DNA from: Octopus sinensis | Taxonomy: Eukaryota | Assembly (NCBI RefSeq): GCF_006345805.1 | Contig: NC_043000.1 | Location: 34,968,001 to 35,032,000 of the forward strand | DNA length: 64,000 bases | Direction of reading: 5' to 3' | Part shown: positions 13,465 through 26,134 of the stretch, one piece after another | Numbering within the stretch: position 1 is the first letter of the stretch | How the letters are laid out: every line of letters starts with the position of its first letter | Program-made: the position numbers and the translations under genes | The notes under the pieces: generated by a model | Told to the model about the DNA's origin: nothing | Seen by the model: only the letters and a program-made list of their open reading frames with translations | Database searches by the model: none

Positions 13465-13935
13465 AACATTATTGGTGAATTGAAGAAATGGAGCTGAACG
13501 CAGATTGAACAGAAATCGTTTTATTTCATTCTACACGTGTTTCGAAAGGCACAAATTACCAAAATCCGATTGAATAATGGGACCATATTGTGTCTTTCTC
13601 ATCAGGAAGAAAAAAGGATTTCCAACGGATTTCCTTTTTTCTTCCTGATGAGAAAGACACAATATGGTCCCATTATTCAATCGGATTTTGGTAATTTGTG
13701 CCTTTCGAAACACGTGTAGAATGAAATAAAACGATTTCTGTTCAATCTGCGTTCAGCTCCATTTCTTCAATTCACCAATAATGTTTTAATTTCAATTATC
13801 CGCACCAACGCACGGTTGCAACGCCAGATGGTTGTACCTCCAACCGTGCTGTTTACTGCTGTGATTTTTGCTACTAAGGTATCGGTTAAACTTTTGATTA
13901 ATCTACTACAAGATTATTCATCTTTCTATTTCACA
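13465..13935 (+). mobile_element. Penelope-like pLTR fragment with inverted 5' duplication (321-bp palindrome), inserted in (TA)n
   Basis: Arms 13465-13618 and 13632-13785 are exact 154-bp reverse complements around a 13-nt spacer. The plus arm continues about 150 nt to a (TA)n run. A hammerhead motif lies in each arm, and there is an extra 9-bp stem GCACGGTTG/CAACCGTGC at 13810-13849. Confidence 0.75.
13638..13726 (+). ncRNA. Minimal type-I hammerhead ribozyme, intact core (mirror copy on minus at 13524-13612)
   Basis: TTTCTTC - CTGATGA (13645-51) - GAAAG.CACAA...TTGTG.CTTTC (stem II) - GAA - ACACGTGT (palindromic stem III, 13710-17) - A (GUA site, 13718) - GAA(T)GAAA. Confidence 0.8.
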
Positions 13936-13945
13936 TAATATATAT

Positions 13946-13976
<31 letters not shown>

Positions 13977-14012
13977 GCATTAATCTGTGTGTGTGCATAT
14001 ATATATATATAT

Positions 14013-14125
14013 CAGTACCGCCTGACTGGCCCTTGTGCTGGTGGCACATAAAAGCAACCATTACACTCTTGGAGTGGTTGGTGTTAGGAAGAGCATCAAG
14101 CTGTAGAAACTCTGCCAAATCAAAC
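14013..14125 (+). mobile_element. RTE-type 3' UTR fragment
   Basis: GGAGTGGTTGGTGTTAGGAAGAGCATCAAGCTGTAGAAACTCTGCC. Confidence 0.7.
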
Positions 14126-14284
14126 TTCGTAGTCACTGTCACCTCTCTCTCCTTGAACATATGTATTCTCCTTATAAAAGGAGAATACATATGTACCAAA
14201 AAAGTGTTGGAATCATTTTTCAGTTTAATATGAAATTGTTTTCATTATAACTTGGCATAAAACTGTGTATTATGTGTGTGGGTA

Positions 14285-14682
14285 TAGGTGTGGCTGTGTG
14301 GTAAGAAATTTGCTTCTCAGTGACATACTTTCAGATTCAGTCCCATAGTGTGGTATCTGAAGTGTTTTCTTGTATCAGACTTGTGATTAGATTCGCTTGA
14401 TGGAAACTGAAAGATGCCCATTGTATGTAAGTGTGTGTGTGTGTTAGTGTCTCCTTCCCTTGCCTTTTTGTAGTAATTGTAAACAAATGTCACCATCATG
14501 CAGGTAGTGTCCTTTGTTTCCAGTTTTCTATGAAAACATGTCTGGTCATGGGGGACATTGACTTACTACAGGTAAGGATTGGTGAAAGGAAAGGCATCCA
14601 GCCAGAGAAAATCTACCTCAACAAACTCCATACAACCCATGTAACCATGGAAAATTGGATGTTAAATGATGATGATGATGAT
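14285..14682 (+). mobile_element. CORE-SINE family C with RTE-type tail
   Basis: GTGTGGCTGTGTGGTAAG head, GGAAACTGAAAGATGCCC block, then AAGGCATCCAGCC...CCATGTAACCATGGAAAA...(GAT)n. Confidence 0.75.
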
Positions 14683-17600
14683 ATATATGCTTATGAGAAT
14701 AGATAAAATTTTTTAAAAAATGTACAGCTACCCCTAATAACAAATTCAACAATTTTATAAAGTAAAAAGTGGAGGAGATTCTAGAAAATAGGTCCTTTCT
14801 CTTTTCCTCTATCACCTGAGCTGAAGGTTAATTATTATTTTTTGAAATTTTAAACAGAAACTACTTTGTTTTTATGTCTCCCTCACATTTCATGAAGAAC
14901 AAGTTTGTCTCAAAAATATCTTCTCTCCTGATTAATAACTTTCTAAAACTCATTTTATTCTTGAATGGCTCAAATTTTAAGGACTGAAAAAAAGAAAAAA
15001 AAGACAAGTATCAATCACTCACTTATTTTGATTAAACTGTGCTATATATTATTTTCATGTGCAGCTAATACTGTAACACTGATATACAGCTGTACTATAC
15101 TATATATTGTTGTAATATACAACTATATTTATTAGAATGCAGTTCAACCAACAGGGTGCAACGAAATGCCACATCTTAGGATATCTATGCTCTGTCGAAA
15201 CACATGCCAGACAGAGATTTAAAGTGAATGTAGTGTATATAATACTGTAATAAACATGTTTTTCACGATGTACAATTCTCCTTTCTTATTTTTTTTAATA
15301 CCTGGTGTATACACACACACACTACTGTGATATACAACTATACTATATGTTACTGTAATATATTGTTAGTAGATCAGTGATTTACAATAATATAGTAGTC
15401 ATCGTGGTGGTTAAAGCGACTCAGCAGCAGTGACTGTGTTATGATAATATAGTTCTACACTACATTATATTATTGTTATACTATAATACTACACTATGTT
15501 ATTTTAATATGCAACAATAAATGCTATACCACTCTAATATACACATATACTTTGTTACTGTTATACACATCTCTATCATGTTGTTTATTAACAACTATAT
15601 GTTATCATTAGTATAAGTTACTTGTTTGTAGTCTTAAGTTCAAATTTCCTCCTGGTTAATTTTTGTCTTGTACAGGATTTGATAGAAACGGACTGGGGGT
15701 CACTTTGAATTGAGTATTCTTTCTGTAGATATGTCATTATTTTTATCATTGGGCAAAGAGTTAGCAAATGGATTGAATTGTTTATTTTAGTTTTGTACTC
15801 TGAATTTCTGAGTTCATATCTTAGCTGAAATAATAAACTCTACTTTATTTTCTGGGCATTGCTAAAGTTTGTCTCAAACACTCATGAATTTAGGTTCAAT
15901 TCCATCATGTGCTACCCTTCCCGTAAGTGTCTTCTGCTTCAGCCTTTGAGAATGGAATATAGTAAATGGATTTATACTTTATGTTTACAAATATTAATCC
16001 GGATGTTCAGTTGTGTTCCTTTCTATTGGAAATGCCACTTAGCAATTTAATAAACTTATTGGTGCAGGTGGTGCTCTAGCATGGCCATGGTTAGATGACT
16101 GAAACAAGCCAAACAAGAAAGACTATTACCATCTTTTGAGTCAATCATAATTTCCCTGTTTTTAATTAAAACAAATTTACTGTTGTTATAAATGAGAGGA
16201 GGAGGAGGTGGAAAAAATGGGGGTGAGGCTTTATATACAGTTTTATTCTTTATAAAATTATTTTTTATAAATTCAATTATTTAAGATTAAAAAGTAGACC
16301 TATTTCATGTATGAATTAGAATTTTGGATATAAGTAAATATATGAATATGTATTATGTGTGTGTGTGTGTGTGTGTGTGTGTTTAGAATTTCTCACTTGC
16401 ATAAATATGAGTTTAAACTACGAGACATGTGTTTTTGTATGTCTCTCAAAATATATTTGCCTCTCTTTGTGTGTGTGTGTAATATTATAATAATGTGTGC
16501 GTGTATTTATATATTTTACAAACACTCAAATTCTTGGTAGCTAATTTTTTTCTCAATAATGTCATGAATATATATAACATACATTCATCATCATATGTCA
16601 ATTTATATATATATATATATATATAATCCACATGTACATACATTCATGCATATATATATGTTTATGCACACGCACATATTTATACATACATTATATATAT
16701 TTATATGTATACACAAACTCATATATAAACACATGCACATCCCTTTATATTATATGCGTGTTTGTGTGTGGATATAATAATTAATTTTCTTACTTTATTT
16801 ATGATATAAACATCTCAGTCTTGTAAATATGTGTGTCTGTGTCTTGCACACACACACACACACAGCCCTGTCATTATATATACTCAAGTGTTCTATACAT
16901 ACACAATCAGAGTGATACTGTTGTCTATAATAAGCTGGAAATTATTAATTATTTTTTACCATTTTATTATTCATAATATGTAAATCATAGAACATATTCC
17001 TGATGATATTTTTCTTGTTCATCATTAAATTATTTTTTCAAATTTTGTTGTAATTTTTGACTGTAAAATTATAAAAATATAACAATTTCAGTAGATACAG
17101 AAAAGTGAAGATATTATAGATTGCTTATGTTCTCTTCTCCACAATATATTTCTATCAAATTTAATCAGTAAGAAGCCTTATTGAAATTTTGATGAGAAAT
17201 TTCATTATTGTTGTTGATCTTCTTGTTTCTCTATTGTCATCATCATCATTATCAATGTTATCAATGCCATCACTTACACCGCTGATGATGATGATGATGA
17301 TGGTAGTGGTGGAGGCTCAGCTTTAAATTTTACAATTGTTTTTGTTGTGCTAGCATCATACACAGTTAATAATAGTTGTTGTAATAATGTGCTATTTTTA
17401 TCACATTCTACTTGCTTTTCCTCTGCATTTTTCAATTTTAAATCATACCGTCTTCTTACTTTTATTTTATATTTCATTATATTTATTTATTAATTTTTAT
17501 TTCTGTTGATTTAATATATGTTGTTTTAAAAATATCACTACTACACTCAATGCCATTTTTTTTCTTCTTCTCCCTTTCTTTTTTCAAGTTCTTTGTGATT

Positions 17601-18782
17601 TATTTATTTATTTATTATTCAAAACCAATTTCCAATTAGCTTCTTTATCTATATAATTTACTGAATCATTTCAATGTACTTGATGTTCACTTCTAATGAA
17701 ATTGTTTACCAGAAAAACAATTATCCATTCTGCTAGCTTTTTATAAAAGTTTAGCCAGGAAGCTATAAAAACTGGTTTATAAGATTGTTGCAGGTTTTTG
17801 TTTAAATTTGTTCTTTGTACAGACCCCAACCCCAACCCAATATCATTTATCCCATGCAGTAGACTATGTCCTGCCACACACATAGATTTACATTAAGTAC
17901 ACTGCACTAACATATATATTTATTAATGCTCATACAGACACACCCACTCTGTACTTGCTTGCTCACTGATGTTTCCTTCTCTTTGTTTGCCTTTAGTTTA
18001 AATATGTTTTCATGTGTGTGCCAGGGTGTGTATGTGTGTGTGTGTGTGTAGCAGGTGTATGTTTGAACTGTTTTAAGTAGTACAGATGATGGCATATTCC
18101 CAGTGTATCAAGTCTTTGAACCAGTTTTTTTTTTTTAATTCCTGGCCGTAACTATTTCATTTACTCTGCTGATAGTGTTGGGATCTGCATGAATGTCGCA
18201 TCTTCCATAATTCTTTATCCACTGAAGTCAATAAGAACTATCCTCTAGGATCAGCAAAGATTTATGACAGTATGTAAGGTTCACAAACTTTTCAGTCTAT
18301 TGCCCTTATACCCCCACCCACCCCCAAAAAAATGAAATTCAACCACTCAGCAAAATACTATGGTAATTTTCAAATTTAGTGGAGTGGATTAAAAAAAAGA
18401 AAAGAAAGAAAGGATTGGTGTAATATATACATTCAAAAATCTGCTTTAATCAGTTTTAATGTACAATATGTGAATGTTTCAAATGTTAACGATGTTCATT
18501 GTTAAAAATCAAAGAGAGATAATTTATGTAACAGTGTGTTAACAAAGATATAAAATGTATTTCAAAAAATGTTACCTGGTTATTACTCTTTAGTTTCTGT
18601 GACAAATGTTTATTGCTAGAGATATTGGTAGATTGTATTTTATCATTAATTAATAATGGATTGATTTTGTTGTTGGAAACATAGTAAAACTTCCTTTTAA
18701 ATTTACTCCACTAAACACCAGGAAAAATTGCTATATAAGTTTAATCTTCCAATAAGCTTTCTTCTGTCTTTCGTGTGTGTTT

Positions 18783-19337
18783 AATCATTGTTCAACGTCC
18801 GTTTTCCATGCTAGCATCGTTTGGCTGGTTTGATTGGCAAGCCATAAGGCCTCACCAGGCTCCAATCTGATCTAGCAATGTTTCTACATCTGGATGCCCT
18901 TCCTCATGCCAACCATTCTGAGATTGTAGTGGGTGCTTTTTACGTGCCACTGGCATGGGAGCCAGTCAGGCAGTACTGGCATCAGCGCCATATTTGGATG
19001 GTGCTTTTTGTGTGCCACTGGTACGAGAAGCCAGTCAGGCAGCTCTGGTAGCAACCCACGCATGAATAGTGCTTATTGTATGCCACCAGCACTGGTAACA
19101 ACCACAACTACCATTTCCATTTGATTTGATTTTGATTTACTTGACTCAAAAAGTCTCCTCAAACATGGAACGTCCATGGTGATTCAAAGGTACCTTTTAA
19201 ATGGGCTAGTTATGTGACACTAGGCTATGGCTGTGATCTCACTTTCCTTGCCAGGTCTTCTCATCACGGCATATCTCCAGAGGTCTCGGTCTTTCATCAT
19301 TGCCTCTGTGAGGCCCAATGTTCGAAGGTCATGCTTC
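18783..19337 (-). mobile_element. RTE LINE 3' end including ORF2 C-terminus
   Basis: Minus strand near 19337-19255 reads VKHDLRTLGLTEAMMKDRDLWRYAV (RTE C-terminal motif), followed by the long 3' UTR and tail. Confidence 0.8.
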
Positions 19338-19369
19338 ACTATATATATATATATATCATGACTGTATCC

Positions 19370-19847
19370 TACACCAGCTTCACAACCCATTCAAAGTACC
19401 TTGGATTGTAGGACAACCTGCTATACTTACCTTGGATTGTAGGGCGACCAGCTATGCTTGAGGAGACCTATTGAGTCAAGTACATCAACATCAAAATAAA
19501 AATCAAATGGAAATTGTAGCTGTGATATCTGTGCTGGTGACACGTAAAAAGCACCATCCGAATGTGGTCGATGCCAGCACCGCCTTGACTGGCGTCCATG
19601 TTGGTGGCATGTAAAAAGCACCAACTGAGTGTGGCCGTTTCCAGCCTCCTCTAGCGCCTGTGCCGGTGGCACATAAAAAGCACCCACTACACTCACGGAG
19701 TGGTTGGCATTAGGAAGGGCATCCAGCTGTAGAAACATTGCCAGATCAGACTGGAACCTAGTGCAGCCTCCTGGCTTCCCAGACACCATCAAACCGTCCA
19801 ACCCATGCTAGCATGGAAAACGGACTTTAAATTATGATGATGATGAT
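19370..19847 (+). mobile_element. RTE LINE 3' UTR, head-to-head with the previous copy
   Basis: Same UTR in the opposite orientation, ending in (GAT)n. There is a 31-bp tandem duplication at 19397-19458. Confidence 0.8.
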
Positions 19848-20139
19848 AAAATTGGTAGCTTTCTATATTTCAATTCAATCATTATTTTAATAAGGACTGA
19901 ATAGTGTAGGACTGTTGTTTGCATGTAAAACCTGTTATTTTACAAACTTCAACAGGCACAATTAATTGAAAGAAATTATCAAGTACCAAAAACTATTCAG
20001 AGAAAATGAGATGAAGTAGTTTAGCATCCTGATGCAGTGGAGGTAAATAATGCCGTAAAACAATTCCTTCTAACTGATGGACTTTGTATTGTTAATGTGA
20101 TTGGAGAGGACTTGATGACTGCTTAGAGTGGAGTGAATA

Positions 20140-20850
20140 TCCAGGTGAAAATGTATAATTTTTAATGTTAGGCCACCACATTCATCACTTATTTAGTGTG
20201 TTTTTGTGTTTATTTCATCATTTATATGACTAAATCCACTTTCAACTATTGAAAAACTTGGAAATGCAAGTAAAAATCTGTTGCTCCAGATATCCTTACA
20301 CTCTTTATATTTGGACAATGAGCTTACCTCCAGGTCAATCAATTCTTGTCTGTATTTTTTTGTCTTCAACATAGAGTGAAGAAACAAACCAGTGAGATCA
20401 TAATGTTAAGATATTGATGAGTTGATTGTTATCTGAAATAATTTCATCTGCTTCTTGTTGTAGCCGTGACTGGAGAAATACTGAAAATTACCATGGCTAA
20501 AGAAGACTTATATCGACCAATCTTTACTTGAAATTCTAAAGTAAGCATTTAAGCTTGTATATTGTTTTCCTTTTAATCACTTCTGTGCTTTATTAGAATT
20601 ATAAATTGTCTGTTAAATAAAACAGGTGATAAAACAGAGTTCATTATCTTAGTGATTCTTTCTCATCATTGAAGAACTCTACAACTGAATCAAAAAATTC
20701 ACCATCCTACGATGTCTCCTCAGGATAACCACCTTCTGTTTGCAACATCTTTCATTAGTTTTACATCTTGATGCAAACTAATGAAAACCGTGTGGTTTTC
20801 TTTGCTTTTTCTTGTGAATAGATTTGATACATGCAAAGCATTTGAGGTGT
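20140..20850 (-). pseudogene. hAT (Buster/Charlie-type) transposase remnant
   Basis: Minus-strand peptides RRWLS*G (compare HTEVRWLSKG) near 20720 and NRFLLAFPSFSIVESGFSHI (compare the hAT dimerisation motif FxTTYLCESGFS) near 20250. Many stops and frameshifts. Confidence 0.7.
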
Positions 20851-21274
20851 TTTTCTTACATATTTTGAGAACTTTTTACTTTAGGAAAACTGAAAAATCT
20901 TGTTTGGTACCTACCAATTGTATTTCCTGAAGTTTTTGAAATAATTTCAATAAGAATATTAAAGAAAATAGTAAATTTTTTAAAACAATGTTCCAAATAA
21001 TAATAAAAAAAAAAGTTTCATTTTTTGAGATATTTGGCAAAGAGAAATTCCTGAATATACTGCAGAATTTTACATAAGCCATGACAGTATTAAAACATCT
21101 AAATATTGACTTTTCTGACTGGATACAAAAACTGAAATTGCTGACGTTATGAATTTACTATCTTACCAATATACTTGGCCATCTCCTCAATATAGTGTTG
21201 TACTCTTGTGTATGTGTTCCTTCAGAACTAGTCATAGTTGTAGTAATAATAATGATAATAATAATAATAATAAT

Positions 21275-21483
21275 GGTTTCAAATTTTGCCACAAGGGCAG
21301 CAATTTCTGCGGAGGGGATGAGTTGATTACATTGACCCTCAGTGCTCAACTAGTACTTATTTTTATCGACCCTGAAAAGATGAAAGGCAAAGTCAACCTC
21401 AACGTAATTCGAATGTAGCGACAGGCGAAATACTGCCTAGCATTTTATCCAGCATGCTAATAATTCTGCCAGCTTGCCGCCTT
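21275..21483 (-). mobile_element. SINE family B copy
   Basis: Central block plus head ...CTGCCAGCTTGCCGCCTT, flanked by (AAT)n runs. Confidence 0.8.
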
Positions 21484-21854
21484 ATTAATAATAATAATAA
21501 TAATAATAATAACAACAACAATATTCAGTTGCATGTGACATTGCATATATTGCTATGTTAAATGGCATATTATGAGATGGTCAGTTGTTAAATGATATTG
21601 AACTCTGATGTTTTCCAAATCTTTCATTTGTCTTCAAAAATTAAAAATCTAAGTTTTTTTTTTTCTCTCATCTCAATACATCCTCTCAAAGACTTCATAA
21701 CAAACACACAAGTATTATCTTACTAGTAACCATAGAAATAAAAATATATTTCCTAAACTCCAGTGAATATTACAAATATTTTTCTCCTTCACATCAAGGC
21801 CTGATATGCTGAATAATTAAAGAGTTTTGAATCCCAGTTCACTATAATATAAAA

Positions 21855-23074
21855 TAGAAAAGGGAGTCAAAAATTATCTCCACTTTTGCTCAAAAATTCT
21901 TTAGGATGGTTGCACAGTCTTCGGTGTCTGCATACTACTAGGTTGTACTCTTGTGATTGCATAACAACGATTCAACCTTGATTGCTCCACTGGCAGTGTG
22001 CACTTAGGAGGAACAGTGGTCAGTGAGCTAATCTCTCTGGTCTGAAAATGTGTCAGGAGTTGAAAGTCATCACAAGCTTTCAGTGCTCTACTTTGCAGAA
22101 GTGTGTATGAGTAGATTAAGATGTTTAAAAATGGTTCAACGAATGTGAAGCAAAAAGTGGGAGCAAGATGCCCATCAACCTTCACCACTGACTTGAAGAT
22201 TCAACAAGCTTCAGAGATGGTTCTGGCAAAGTGATAAGTGACCATTGATGAGGTGGCATATTCTCTGCAAATTAGTCATGGCTCTGCATATGAAATCATC
22301 CTCAACAAGCTTCACTTCTGTAAAGTCTGTGAGATGATGGGTGCCAAGAGCGCTTAATGGAAGTGCATAAATGCAATTGTGTGGAAATTTGTCACTGCTT
22401 ACTTGAGTGCTACAACAATGAGAGTGAAGCATTTTTGGAGAGAATAGTTAAGGGAGATTAGAGCTAAGTCCACTACTTTGAGCCAGAATCCCAAAGGTAG
22501 ACAATGGAGTAGAAATACTTGATATTGTCAGTGAAAAAGAAATTCAAGACTCTACCTTCTGCAGGAAAAGTGATGCTGTTTTTCAGGATGCAAAAGGGCT
22601 TATACTGGAAAATATTATCTAGAAAAGGGATCTCCAGTCACCAGTGTAGGCTATGGTGAAATGCTGGCCAACAAACTGAAACAGCAATTTGCACCAAATA
22701 CCAAAGTCTATTATGAAAGCAAGTGTTATTGTTGCATGACAATGTACGCTCCATATGGCCACCCACACTGTTGAAACCATTGAAAAATTGGGTTTTGCAT
22801 CGCTGGAACACACTGCAAACAGTCTAAATCTTGCCCCTTCTGACTATCACCTCTTTAGACTGCTCAAACATTCTTTACAAGGTCATTGATTTACTGTGGA
22901 CAAAGAACTGGGAAGCTGAAGAGGTACTACTTTGATGGAATAAGCAAACCTGCTGGAAGAATTACATTGGAAAGCAGGAGATGATGTTGAGAAATGATGT
23001 AATTGTTCAAACCCTGCTTTTTGTTTTAATAAATTACAAACAAGAATGCATTTAATTTTTGACTTACTATTGTA
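21855..23074 (+). mobile_element. Decayed full-length mariner transposon (about 1.2 kb) with imperfect TIRs
   Basis: Fragments resemble EEQxSV, VTIDEVAYSLQISHGSAYEII, WVP, LLHDNVRS and LAPSDYHLF. The left TIR is AGTCAAAAATTA at about 21855-21884 and the right TIR is TAATTTTTGACT...TGTA at about 23045-23074. Confidence 0.85.
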
Positions 23075-24344
23075 CAATAAAGCAAAATGAAATCCCAAGT
23101 CACTGTAATATAAATACAACACAAAGTTGTAATGATTTACAATGTAAGAATTATAATTATGGTAGAAGACTGATTTAACCACTTTAGCTTTTCATTTGGG
23201 TTACCAAGTTGCAAACCCATGCCAGCATGGAAAACAGGACATTAAATGATAATGGTGACTCTCTCCCTCTCCTCACACACACACACACACACATGTGCGG
23301 GCAATAGTTGTGCATTTCTACATTTCTTTTTAAGCTGTGAGCAGACAAATTATCAACACTCTCAACTACGTATTCCTGCAAAACAAATATGTACATTGAT
23401 ACAAAACTGTTAAGTTTGTTGGTGAAAATGAACAAAAGAAATGAAACCCCAAAATAGTCAGAACGAGGGAAAAGGGTGTTGCTTAGATGTCTGTATATGT
23501 GTGTGTCTTATTGTATATTTACTAATTGGTCAGCAACCATATGAAAATACACAAAACTAATTTCACACACATACAAACCTGCTCATACACACGGACTCAT
23601 ACACACACACACACACACACACACATATATTGGGAGATTTCTCTGTGCAAAGTACAATGACAAATCAGCAATTAAAACACAATAAGTTTATGGATTTTGA
23701 CTTATCTCATAGCTGGGGACTTGAATTTCAACTTGTCATCATCTGGTGTCACCTGTGAGAAGAATCCTAGGAAATAAACTAGTTTGGGTATTGAATTTAT
23801 TGGCTTTTTTGTAAAAAAAAAGAAAAAACAAAGTGTTTTATGACTGGAATAAATTATGGAAGTGTTTTTCACGATGTTCGTGTTGTAATGGCATGAGAAA
23901 TTTGCCAAATTCTCAAACTGTTCTCTGCAACATCTATACCTCCATGACATGAGAAAACGGTTCTGGCTTTGGCAGATTTCTCTTTGCCAAAGATCACATG
24001 TGAATAACTATTTAAATTCAAACTTTTTCCACTCATGGATTTCGTAAGCTTCCTAGAATTTTATTCATGACCTATTGATCCCCAGCCAGTTTGAACACAT
24101 TCTCTGTACAGCCCCATTAACCCCGGAGGGTTTTATAACAACTGTTTTAGGAATCTCAACAGTTTGAAATAACACAATTTTAGGAACAACATAAGGTAGC
24201 ATTTATAGTAATCTGGTGAAATCCTCCTGCATTTGATCACTTAGCAACATCACAACAATAAATGTCTTATACAGTGTTGTATGTATGTGCGTTACAATTG
24301 ATGTAGGAACTTACAGAAACTTTATGAAACTGGTGGAGTTTCAG

Positions 24345-24484
24345 CATCATCATCATCATCGTTTAACGTCCGTTTTCCATGCTAGCATGGGTTGGACTAT
24401 TTTGACTGAGGGCTGGCAACCAGATGGCTGCACCAGGCTCCAGTCTTGATCTGGCAGAGTTTCTACAGCTGGATGTCCTTCCTA
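24345..24484 (-). mobile_element. RTE-type 3' tail fragment
   Basis: (CAT)n-CGTTTAACGTCCGTTTTCCATGCTAGCATGGG...CTACAGCTGGATG. Confidence 0.8.
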
Positions 24485-25572
24485 ATTTTACTGGAAAATA
24501 CACATTGTGTTCTGCTACACATGCTTGGTGTTGTTTGTTGCACTATATTACACACTAATGGTGCTGAGTTGCCATACTATGTAACAGTAGCGTGTTCCAG
24601 CATATACCAACACATGACTAGTGTTGTGCAGCTACCTGACTATTTGCTTCATAACTGACTGGCATCTACAGTTGGATATCTTCATAACTAAGCAGCAATT
24701 TGTGTAGACAAAAGAGTAAGACCAATGTGTTTTGAAACTACAAATATACATCATATTTATATAAACAGCTCACTAATCATGTTAGCTGGCATCTTCAATG
24801 GAATTCAGCTATGGGTAATGTCTTCCATTCTTGCTAACATAAAGCTGTAGCAAACAAGATTATACACACACACACACACATGCACGCGTGTGTGCTTGTG
24901 TATATTAAATGTAAACAGAAAATATATAAAAAAAGAAATGAAAAAGAAAAGAAACCAAACATCTGGTCACACCTGGCACATGGTATTCCTTGTTTTGTAT
25001 CCTTCCTATGTCTGTGTTTAGATTTAATATATACAAATTTATTCTTTGAACAATCCTGGCTTAATCATAAATTAATTGGTTTGTGTATCTCTGTGTTTAT
25101 TTCTGTGTATTAATGTGTGTGTGTGTGTGTGTGTAATATTTTTGCTAAAGTATTTCCTAAACTATATTTATTTGTTGCATCAAAAGTGTTTCAGACTTAG
25201 ATTCTTCTTTGCAGTCTTGGAAGAGATTGGTTTTTCTTCTTCGGCATGTTAAACACTTCTCTAGGGAAAGGAGAATTTTATAGAAGCTATTTAACTTATG
25301 CAAATGGTCATGTTTGTAATGTCACCTGGTCTATATTATTTTCAAGTCTCCACAATAATTTCTATGTACAAAACTAAAGCTGTAAAGCATCTTCTTTTTA
25401 AATGTTGAAAAAAGTAAAGATTAAAAAGGAATTTATGAAGATGACACAATAAAATACTTAAAGGAAATTGTGGAAATTAGTGTTATGAATATATAGTTTA
25501 ACACTTGTTAAAAGTTAAGGAAGATCTCTGACAAACAAAGATAACTACTGGTAAATTCATTATATATATATA

Positions 25573-25870
25573 TCATCATCATCATTTAGTATATCATTAT
25601 CGTTTAACATCCGCTTTTCATGCTGGCATGGGTTGGACAGTTCGACTGGGGTCTGGGAAGCCCGGAGGTTGCACCAGGCTCCTGTCTGATCTGACAGTGT
25701 TTCTACAGCTGGATGCCCTTCCTAATGCCAACCATTCCGAGAGTGTAGTGGGTGCTTTTTACATGCGACCAGCACAGGGGCCAGAGGAGGCTGGCAACGA
25801 CCACAACCGGTTGATGCTTTTTATGTGCCAGTGGCACAGAAGCCAGTCAAGGCAGTGCTGGCATCAGCCA
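25573..25870 (-). mobile_element. RTE-type 3' UTR fragment
   Basis: Same family motif as the other RTE tail copies. Confidence 0.8.
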
Positions 25871-25903
25871 CATTATATATATATATATATATGTATGTAT
25901 ATA

Positions 25904-26134
25904 TATTTCTTTACTACCCACAAGGGGCTAAACACCGAGGGGACAAACAAGGACAGACAAACGGATTAAGTCGATTACATCAACCCCAGTGCGTAACTGG
26001 TACTTAATTCCTTGACCCCGGAAGGATGAAAGGCAAAGTCAACCCCGGCGGAATTTGAATCCAGAATGTAACGGCAGACGAAATATGGCTACGCATTTCA
26101 CCTGGTGTGCTAACGTTTCTGCCAGCTCGCCGCC
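25904..26134 (-). mobile_element. Young full-length SINE family B
   Basis: Complete from head GGCGGCGAGCTGGCAGAAACG to tail GGGTAGTAAAGAAATA, sitting between (TA)n runs. Confidence 0.9.

Noticed and set aside
13531-13719. Twin 60-aa ORFs on opposite strands (MFRKAQITK...)
   Set aside because: They are a by-product of the palindrome, and the sequence is better explained as hammerhead-bearing pLTR RNA.
15180-15215. GAAACACATG as a hammerhead half
   Set aside because: No CUGANGA or stem II upstream; kept only as an unexplained hairpin.
23869-24200. Coding-looking stretch on the minus strand
   Set aside because: On recount it needs a frameshift and a stop, and no recognisable motif was found.
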